Assembly (NCBI GenBank): GCA_018398765.1 | Contig: JAHBMJ010000500.1 | Coordinates: 1-46,397, forward strand | Length of the DNA stretch: 46,397 nucleotides | From: Chromera velia | Taxonomy: Eukaryota | Reading direction: 5' to 3' | Shown here: positions 1 through 9,720 of the stretch, piece after piece | Layout: every line of letters starts with the position of its first letter | How positions within the stretch are numbered: position 1 is the stretch's first letter | Made by a program: the position numbers and the translations under genes | Notes under the pieces: generated by a model | The model's input: the letters and a program-made list of their open reading frames with translations, nothing else | Told to the model about the DNA's origin: nothing | Databases searched by the model: none

Positions 1-31
<31 letters not shown>
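1..31. repeat. (TA)n microsatellite
   Basis: Perfect TA run at the window start. Confidence 0.95.
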
Positions 32-33
<2 letters not shown>

Positions 34-1294
34 CTTGAATATAAAACTTAATTTTTATTGTATTAATTAATGCAACTCATTTAAATCATGTAATCTGATA
101 TGATAGGATTAATAAAATATTATAGACTATAAATAATTTCTTTAATAGCGTTTTATTGATTTTCTAATTTAAGTATAACGGGTATAAATTAGTAGTAAAT
201 GTTAAAGTCCGACTTGAGGGCAAAAGTCCGTTTGTGAGGGCACAGGCCTGGATGCGATGGGGACTGAGGAGGAGTTAGACAGACAGACAAACAGACAGAG
301 AGAAAGAGAGAGAGAGACTGACAGACAGACAGATAAATACACTACAAGTTGACATGGCATTAAGATGACAGGATTCCTCTCTGAAAGGACATTGTTCTTC
401 GCTCACAAACATATAAAGTCCTGCATACAGAGACAGGAACAAAAGAAGAAATCAGACGTTGTCAGGACAGGGGGTGTGTGAGAAGTTCGGCCCTGTGGGG
501 TCCGATATCTCAGTGTCCCGCCACCGCCTGACTGACTGATTGACTAAAGTACGAGAGAACGCGCGCATGCAGAGCGAAATCAAAAGAATCAAGCCAGGTG
601 CATTACGTCCCTAACCAGATAAGTCTCGAATGCAGATCGATCAAAGTACATACATATATGTAATTGAATCAGACAAGAAAAGTCTGATCAATCAAAGTAC
701 AGAAGTATAAGGTGAGGCAGAACAGACAGAATCTCCGAAGTAGGAACAATCAATTTCCTATGTAAAGCTGACTCCTTCGTACAATCTCTCATCTCTAGCC
801 TAGAACTGAGTACATACCACGAAACGTTTTGGTAGCTCAGCTTTCAGCTTTGAACTTGAAGTGTCTGCTTCAAAAAGATAAATAAATAAAAAGTAAAAGT
901 GATTTTAGGCAATTAACTTTTTTAAATTTTTATCTTTTTTATGTATAAGGAGCCTAGATGTAAAAGTGAATGAGAGCTGGATATAAGAAATCAATTTTGA
1001 GTCTTATACTAATCATTAGTACAACATCTAGAGTTTACACTCTAAAGTTCTATTCTAGGGCGGAACATATCAATCAATCAATCAAAATCAAAGAAAGGGA
1101 CTAGGAGAGAAATTAGAAAAAAAAGTAAGAAAGAAAGAAAGAATGTCAAAGAAAGAAAGAAAGAAAAAAAGAAAGAAAAAAGCTATAGATCGAAAGAAAG
1201 AAAGAAAGAAAGTTTATCTGAGTTTTACATGCAGTAGTGTCACATACTTCCCGCCAGCTTTATTATAGGAAAAGAATATAAGTTAGAAGGCCTC

Positions 1295-1530
1295 AGTTGT
1301 GAGTTAGAGTCATGACAGTCTTAGAATGGAGATGTCAGAGGTGCCAGGGGTGACTGAATCTGACGTCATCCTCATAGGATCTGTATTATCAATCATATGA
1401 TACAGATACCTGCAAGACAGAGAAGGTTCATTATACCTTGTCATAATGTTAGTCTCTTAGCAGTCGTAAGGACCTTGCATATGAGAGTCCGTGTGTCTAA
1501 TAGTCGTCCAGATTAACCCATATTATTTCT
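1295..1530 (+). repeat. E1 5' LTR (236 bp)
   Basis: AGTTGTGAG...TATTATTTCT, near-identical to 6622-6857. Confidence 0.95.
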
Positions 1531-1577
1531 GGTACGACGCCAGCGAGAGTAAAGGAGGTTTGGAGTAGGCTGTGCAA

Positions 1578-4500
1578 ATGTCCGCAACGGATGGAAAGCT
1601 CGTCTTCCCTCTCTTTGTCGACAAACCCGATAAAGACTTGGCAGTTAATGAGGTCAATACCTTTTCGAGGTTTTACGACTCCTTCCTTTCGATTTTGGAT
1701 GGAAAAGTAGACCTTGACGGGGTGAAGCTGGATCGTTGGACATGCGACCAGCTGTATCGGTCAACAAAAGGACACCCCAGGGTAGGAGTGGTCATAGACA
1801 ATGTATTTCAGAAGAGGAAAGCGGGTGACTATGACGCTGCCAACGGAAGTACCGAGTACGATAAGTACAAAAAGGCCCTTATTGATGCCCTCAAGTCATT
1901 GGGGGAGGATAACGATGAAAAGAAACGCGATGAGGTAGAAAGAGAGTGGGAGACTTTCCCCGCATTGAGCAGATCAACTGGGACTGAGGTGATTAATCAG
2001 TATAGAAACCTGGTAACCCGTACCGATAGTCTCAAAGGGGAAGTTCCCATGAGGAAGAGGGCCGATGCTGTACTCAGATCCCTGTCCCAGTCAACGCAGG
2101 ATGTCTGGTCGGCAACTCTCATATCCGCACAGCTGAAGGATCCAGACGTACTCATTCAGAAACTCACTGAGATGTGCAAAACAGTACACGGAGATGAGTC
2201 TACCCCGCGGAAGGGGGGGCTTGCACCCAGGAAGCAGGGGGACATACGGGCCGTCATGAAAAAAGAGATTGCGCTGTTTGTTGGAGGTGGGATGGGACTC
2301 CCACGCAAAGAAAAACCCAACAACACCCGTCCCCCGAAGAAGTCAAACAACTCGTCTCAGCCGAAAGGCAACCCCGTCTCGAATTCCGAAAAGAAGTGTT
2401 GGCGTTGTGGTCGGAGCAGCTGCAAGAACCCCAGTACATGCGAATCACTCAAAGAAGGGAATGTGTGTAAGTGCTGTGGTCATCTGGACCACTGGAAGCC
2501 AACTTGCAGGTGCAGCAAGTGTATGGCAGAGAAGAATGCCGCCCCACCCAAGTCAAAGAAGAAACAAACAGTCAACCACGTTCGAGGAGATCCGGTTAAC
2601 CCGGGTAAGTTCGTCATCGGAGAGTATGATGTGCTCAACTTCCGCCCTTCCCCTCACACAGCGTTTGACTTCCAGCAATCATCGAACTGTGTCACATATC
2701 AGTGTACGAACTGTCGGCATGATGTCGGACAGGCCATGGTAGACACGGGTACCGAGAGGGGAATGGGGAATCGTGGGAGACTGCAGAGAGCTGGAGTTCT
2801 GGTTCGGGAACAGCCGTACTCCGCGCGCGTCAGCGTTGAAAAGCGCGACGGCGACGGCCGCCAAACGTCCGAGCGCGTTTGGATCAATGTCAATGGGATC
2901 GGTACCGTGATTCTAGAGAACGAGACGGGTGGGCTATTCCACACGTATCTCTACCTCACAGATGACGATGTTCCCACGTTGGTCACATATGATGCCTGCG
3001 CAGCGTTTGATAGGTCGGGTGAGACGCCATCGTACTTTGATGTGCGAAACGTCCGTGGCATTATACATCGCGTCACTGTTGATGCACCGAATGGCCACTG
3101 CTGCTCTCATATCCCTTCTTTTCCTCTCCCTGTCAATGCGAAGAAAAGGGAAGCAGAGTTCGACCGTGAGTGGGGTGGTGGTAGGCAGGCTCTGTGTGTG
3201 CAGCGTGAGCTGCGTCGTTTGGACATGGAGGAGGCAAGAGTTGAGCACAATCGTCTCGACATCCACTCGGGGGCTGAATATTTCCGTCTTACCCTCGAGG
3301 AGGACGGGAAGTCCATCACAGCAGCCATGGCAGCAGAGATTACTGCCACTTGCCGGACTTGCCAGCAGAAGCAGGCAGTCAACAAGTCGTTGAGGGCAGC
3401 GACTCGGGAGAAGAGCCGGAGAAGCAAGGTGAAGGAATTCAAGGATGAGGTATATTTGGACACGTGGTTTCCTGGGGATGAGGATGCAGAGGTCAGTGGG
3501 TTCCCGTGTGGGAATCTTTGGACAGATCTCCACACTCGTAGCAAGTTTAACACTCCGATGCGTGGCCGCCGCGATGCTGCAGATTCCCTGATGGATTGGA
3601 TCGATTACTACGGTGTCGTTCCTAAGAAGATCCTCACAGACAGGGCCCCTGAGTTGATTGGGGGTAAGTTTATCGAAACCTGCAGGTCGTTCAGCCCACC
3701 CATCCTCCCAGAAAGGGCCCCGACTGGAATCAAAGGGATTTTGGGATTCGCTGAGAAACCTATCCGCACTCATCGAAATCAGGTCAGGGTGGCTCTGGAC
3801 AGGTGTTTGGTTCCGAGTGAGGGGGGGAGATGGGGAGAGCGAATTCCCTATAGTCTTGCACACGAGATCAGCATAGCAGTAGCCATAGAAGGAGATGAGA
3901 TTGTCCATCCCACTGACAGAAAGAGTGCATATGAGCGGAGGACTGGGGAGAAACCAGATCGCAAGTTTGCGTTGGGGGATTGGGTTGTGATTCGTTACGG
4001 TCCTAAAGACCTTTCCCTCCCAGGCAAGCTTTGTATGTTTCTCTACATTTGGTCCCCCCGTATCGTAGCACTCTTGTACTACAATGCACAGAAACACCGC
4101 ATTCAGGTTCTCAACACACACCCTTTCCTCGTGGAGCCCTTGCATGATGGTCCACTTACGGGGTGGCGTATGGTGAAGAGAATTCTGGAGACCCCTGTGA
4201 AGGGAAGGCTTGTGTCTGGGGGTGAAAATGTGCTTTTGCCCTCTGCTCCGCAGGTTTTTGGTCAAAACCTTCCCGCCGCCCATCCACAGGGTGGTGGGGC
4301 TCCTCCACAGATCAGTGCGATTCAGAGGGGGGCAGCCGCTGCTCAAGAGGACGGGGGGGGTGCAGCAGGCATAGGAGGTGACGACCAGGATCTGAGGGTG
4401 GAAGTCCAGGCCGAGGTTCCACAGCAGGGAGCGGGCCCTCCAGGAGATAGCCAGAGGAAGTACACAGGTTTGCTTGTAGAAGCGAATGGCAGGCGTTTTG

Positions 4501-6589
4501 TGATGATGCAGACAGGGAAAGCATATCACAAGTCCATCCCTGCAGCATGGCTCCAGCCAGTGGGGGATGGGAGTGGGAAGTGGCGTGCAGAGGGAATAAC
4601 GCCCAATCCTATTTCGATTTCGTAGACGACCGTCTGCCTGCCAAGATTGAATCCCAAGTCTCCCCAGGCCCCCCTCCGATTGGTGTCGGTCTGTCCGCAC
4701 AGCAGCAGGGTGTTGTGAATGAGGGGGTGCCGCCAGACGCAGGTGGGGATGCACCTGCAGCCCCTCACCCTGATTGTATTCCTCCTGATGACTCCTTGTT
4801 TAGTTCCGACCTCCTCAGAAATCCTCAGCACGAGGGGGGGGCAGAACAAGGGTCAGTGCATTCGGAATCGTTGGAGGCGCTGGCAGCCTTTGATTTCAAG
4901 AAAGGCTCCACCAACATTCCAGCAAAGGAGGAAGAGGTGAGGGAGGGGAAGTTCAATGAGGCGATGAGAGATGAGTGGCTCCAGAACATCTGCGGGCAGG
5001 AGGTGTTTGGGAGGGCGGTTCCGAGGGAAGAGGCCAAGATGGTGATGGATCTCGGCTGGAGGCTCACATAGAAGGAGAAGGAGGCAGAGAAAGGAAAGGG
5101 GAAGGAAGGAAAGAACGGAAGTCCGTCTCCCAGTCACTCTCCCCCCACAGCGACAAAGAGAGTGCCAAAAGCCCGATGCTTCGGGAAGGGCTTCCGGAAC
5201 AAAAGAAAGATCGATACCTTCACAGGTACCCCTGTCCCTGCTCTGATCTTTTTCTGCATGATCTGGGCACTCGCGTGTGCTTTGCAGATTTTTGTAGGGG
5301 ATGTGAAGGGGGCGTTCCTTCAGTCTACCGACACGAATGCAGAGAGAGTCTACGCACGCATGCCTGCGTGGATGCCTCCGATCCCAGACGTGTGCCCCTA
5401 TCCAGACATGAAGCCCGAGAAGTGGGAGAGAGTGAAAGAATACGCCAGATCTCTCTTGCCTGGACAGATCCGGGAGGTCGTTCACGGTCTCTACGGCATG
5501 CGTGTCTCGTCCAAACTTTTTGACAACAAGTGGGTTGGGACAACGGGACGGGCAGGGTTTGAGAGAATAGAGTTGGGGATTGCAGTTGATAAAGAGAAGA
5601 ATGTTCTCATCAATTGGATCGATAACGTTTTTGGCCTGATTGCTTTTGGGCAGGTTGAGGGGGTGATGCGACATCTGCAGGGGGAGATGGAGTTTAGGAA
5701 AATGACGAGGCTTGATATGGCTTCATATAAATTTAAGTATGCGGGAATGGACTTTGAAGGAGACAAAGGGGGGTGCAGAGTCTCGATGTCCTCGTATCTT
5801 GAGGGGGTGGACACAGACAAACTGTTCAGAGAATACAAGATCCCTCGGAGAGGAGTGGGGGGCACGTCTTCATGTAAAGAAAAGGATTTTCATCTGCAAG
5901 AAGGTGAGCAACCAGATCTGTCTCTGAAAGACATCTACAGCAGTGTGATCGGGTGTCTGGGTTGGGGAGGACGTCTCTCTCCTTTCTGTCATATGTGGTA
6001 CGATGTTCTTTCTCGCTATAGGAAGGCACCGACCCACACGCATCTCGCGATTGCTGTCAGAATCCTGTACGAAATCAAAAAAGATCCAGAAGGTCTGAAT
6101 TTCCGCTGTCTGTCTCGCTCTCCTCTTCTCAAGATGGTTTTCTTCATTGATTCCTCTCATGAGAAAGACACATACAAAGGAAGGCATGCATGGATTGCTC
6201 TTCTGGTTGATCATGCCTGGAAGTCAGGAGATGAATTGTTCAACATTTTTGCATGGCGTTCGATGCGTTCGACCGTCAAGCTGGGCAGCTCCACAGCTTC
6301 AGAGTTGGTTGGGTTTGAGCAGTGCCTCAAGCGTGTGCCTCGACTGATTTCTTTTGGCCGGAATTTTCAGAAAGACGTGCCCGTACAGTTCTTGATTGAC
6401 TGTAACCCTTTGCATGATCAGTTCAGATCGGGGGTGGCAGATTCAGACACGGGGATGCAGCATGTTCTCGACTGGTGCATTCAGAGATGCAAGCAATTGT
6501 CTGCCAGCGTTGTTTGGATCCCTCGTGAGATTCAGGCAGCCAATGCACTCACCAAGCCTATTGCTTTTGGTCAATCGATCTATGATTGA
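1578..6589 (+). pseudogene. E1 gag-pol polyprotein (Zn knuckles, aspartic protease, integrase, Copia-type RT, RNase H), disrupted
   Basis: [14 protein letters not shown] knuckle; MVDTG protease; H..H/CRTC plus YLDTW, LTDRAPE and E integrase; PKARCFGKGF, GDVKGAFLQ and LYGMRVS RT motifs; FIDSS, SSTASE and ANALTK RNase H motifs. One frameshift near 4590-4600 and one in-frame TAG at 5069-5071. Confidence 0.92.
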
Positions 6590-6621
6590 AGTGTGGATCG
6601 TTCGCCTGTCATGAGGGGGTG

Positions 6622-6857
6622 AGTTGTGAGTTAGAGTCATGACAGTCTTAGAATGGAGATGTCAGGGGTGCCAGGGGTGACTGAATCTGACGTCATCCTC
6701 ATAGGATCTGTATTATCAATCATATGATACAGATACCTGCAAGACAGAGAAGGTTCGTTGTATCTTGTCGTAATGTTAGTCTTTTAGCAGTCGTAAGGAC
6801 CTTGCATATGAGAGTCCGTGTGTCTAATAGTCGTCCAGATTAATCCATATTATTTCT
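6622..6857 (+). repeat. E1 3' LTR (236 bp)
   Basis: Direct repeat of 1295-1530, preceded by a PPT at about 6613-6621. Confidence 0.95.
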
Positions 6858-7473
6858 GCCTCCTTCATTCAAATGGAAAACTAGCTTGAACCTTGTTGAG
6901 GTTAAGTTTTTTAAGCCATGGGCTGAGTCTAGCCTAGAGTTGATGATGACTTGTGAGTAAATGACAGGATCGGTAAAGGAAGAAACGGTACACTATGCTT
7001 TCAACTTCCAGACTGTAAGTAAATGCGTGACTGGAGTGACACTGTGTGTATAGAACTTGATAGAAATTGATTGTCAGGACCGAGATTGATGTGAATGGTT
7101 ATATTGCGCATCTGGGGTGAATGAGTTTGACTGACTTTCCCGCGTCCTCACGCGTGTGCGTATTTCGAGCCAGTATGGCGAGTCAGTAAAAAATTGATGC
7201 ATGCATGCATGCCAGTGAATTACACATGCTCGTATTGCAAAGTACGTGCTGTGCAACATTGTTGGAAGTGTTGTGATTGATATAGACAGACAGAATTTCT
7301 ATCCTCGTACGTGTAGGAAGCTCTTCATTGCTGGTTTCCAGCTTGTTAGACTCTAGTGGATTGGTTGCCAACCACAGTAGACAAAGACTTAATCTTATAA
7401 GCTTGCTTGCCAAGTGCTTTCCAGTCTAGCAACAGTTGTGCTTACTGCACAGTTGTCTAGATTTTTTCATCAA

Positions 7474-7490
7474 TGGTGACGGAAGTGGGG
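7474..7490 (+). promoter_or_regulatory. E3 primer-binding site (tRNA-Leu-like)
   Basis: TGGTGACGGAAGTGGGG one base after the 5' LTR. It resembles known Leu-type PBS sequences (TGGTG...GAAGTGGG); the tRNA assignment is inference. Confidence 0.65.
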
Positions 7491-9720
7491 GGTGAGCAGC
7501 CCTCCCTTCCCTGTTCAGTCTTCTTCATTCAGTCTCCATCTATCCAGTTGTCTGACTTAGTCTGAGTCGACTTGTCTTCGGTTGCAGTCTGTGAGTCGAG
7601 GTTGGATCGAATTCCCCCCGATAAGCAACACTTGTCGTCTGACCGCAGATCTTGTAGATTGTGCATCTGTGTCCTTCGAGACTGGAGCAGTCAAGCCAGC
7701 TCGATGAGAAGTGGAAACATTCTTTCGGTTTCTGTCTTTATTGTCTCTTGATGACATTTTGTATATCTTTTCATGGATTCGCTTCCCGAAGGTGTACGAC
7801 TGTATGGAGAACCGTCCTTCAACTTAGAGAATATCGAGCAGGTGATCAAGAACCAGAACCGAGCCATCATATTGCATCAGAGACTGCGTCCTCCGTTTCT
7901 TTGCTTGCATTCTACAGTGCCTGTTGATGTCCAAGAAGACGGACCTTGCACGTTGGCCTGTAAAGCAAGTAGTACGACATGTTTTTGTCGTGTACATGTT
8001 GGTGACTGACCTTTGTGTTACACAGTACGCATGTGTGCCTGTTTTCCTTCAATTTCCTTGGTTGTGCTTGTTTGTGGTTGGAGTTGCTTCATTGTGTGAA
8101 CCTTGGTGGGAAGAAGAGAGAGAAAAAAGACAAAAATGGAAACAGAGGAGGAAGAGGTGGAAGAGGAAGAGGAGGATCCTCAAGGTGGCACAGAGATCAG
8201 CAGAGAAGTGTAGAATATTATGCACAGGGAAGACAGCAGCAGCAGGAGCAAGGGCAGTCCATGTTTGCCTTTATAAAGCACGCCCTGAAGTCTGCTTTGA
8301 AGGAGGCGCCAACAAAGGAGGAGTTTAAGAGAGCTGCACACGATCGCGAGTTCTAGAAAGAGAATGACGAGGGATTTGAGAGTGCATGAAGAAAAGAAAG
8401 AGATGCATGGATGCCGCGATCTCTGTCCCTCTCCGTTTTAACATATCACAGTTAGTACATAGAATTAAACTCTTTTCTTTGCACCATCTGAACTTGTGCT
8501 TCTTTGTGTCTTCGTGCTTTGTCTTTGTTTTTTGCCTGATGCAATCAGACTGCATTGGTGAGAGAGAGTTCACTGCACGAACCCAGGAAGCCGGTAAAAA
8601 GATTGGGCTATTGAAAAAACAGAATCATTAAAAATATACTACGTGCGTCTCTGTTTGTTTCTTGTCTCAAACGGATGCCGTGAGAAAAAGAAGAAGCAGT
8701 GTCGTTCACACTGGTTACCGTATGACAAACACACTTCACTTACTTCGATTTCGGATGCCGAATCACTAACAAAACAGAGAACAGAGAACAGAGAGCTGAG
8801 TTGAGACCCAGAAATGAATGAATCGGTTGCCGACATGAACTTTGACCTTATCTCATTCCAACCTTATCTCATTCCCTCACTTCATTCACGTTGCTCTCTC
8901 TTCACGTTGCTGTCTGCGTTTCCGTCTCTTGTGTTAATCTGTGCCTATGCCTGTGTTTCAGTGCGTCATGTGAAAGAGAAGGAAACAATTAAAGGGGGAA
9001 TGTAATCATGCGCACTCCGTGCAAAAAGAAAGAGATGCGTTTGATGATGACTTGTAAGTAAATGGCAGGATCGGTGAAGGAAGAAATGGTACACCATGCT
9101 TTCAACTTCCAGACTGCAAGTAAATGCGTGACTGGAGTGACACTGTATGCATAGAACTTGATAAAAATTGATTATCAGGACCAAGATTGATGTGAATGGT
9201 CATGGTGCGCATCCGGGGTGAATGAGTTTGACTGACTTTCCCGCGTCCTCACGCGTGCGCGCATTTCGAGCCAGTATGGCGAGTCAGTAAAGAATCGATG
9301 CATGCATGCATACTAGTGAATTACACATGTTCGTATTATAAATGAAAAGCCCCAATTCTTACAGACCAGTGAAGATCTATGCAGGAGTTGAGGTATCTCA
9401 AGGTGCACAGAATTTATTGTGTGTGTTCGTTGTTCATTCAACAAGGCAATTCACTACTTGACTTCAAACTGTCTTCACTGATCGATCTTCTACTTGCATG
9501 CTTCGATCAACTGAAAAGCATGTACTTGCATGCATCTAATTGAATCGCATTCGCTGTTTAACGCACGCAAGGACTCACGCCGACGCACGCAAATGCACGC
9601 AGGGACTCACGCCGACGCACGCATGCTTTCTGTCATCTCGGCTCATTGACTGACTTCAGGTTGGTTCACAACATACATTCTTTTCTTTTTCTTTTCTTTC
9701 ATACATGTAAAAAAAATAAA

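Larger units (their letters stand above)
1295..6857 (+). mobile_element. Ty1/Copia-order LTR retrotransposon (E1), full length, with non-canonical AG...CT termini
   Basis: 236-bp direct repeats at 1295-1530 and 6622-6857 (7 mismatches). Perfect TSD GCCTC at 1290-1294 and 6858-6862. Purine tract GAGGGGG just before the 3' LTR. Domain order gag-PR-IN-RT-RH. Confidence 0.95.

Noticed and set aside
4580..4625. Programmed -1 frameshift in E1
   Set aside because: GAGGGAAT is not a canonical slippery heptamer and the position (between IN and RT) is atypical; a 1-bp deletion is simpler.
2934..4754. 606-aa antisense ORF
   Set aside because: Shadow of the E1 pol frame with no motifs.
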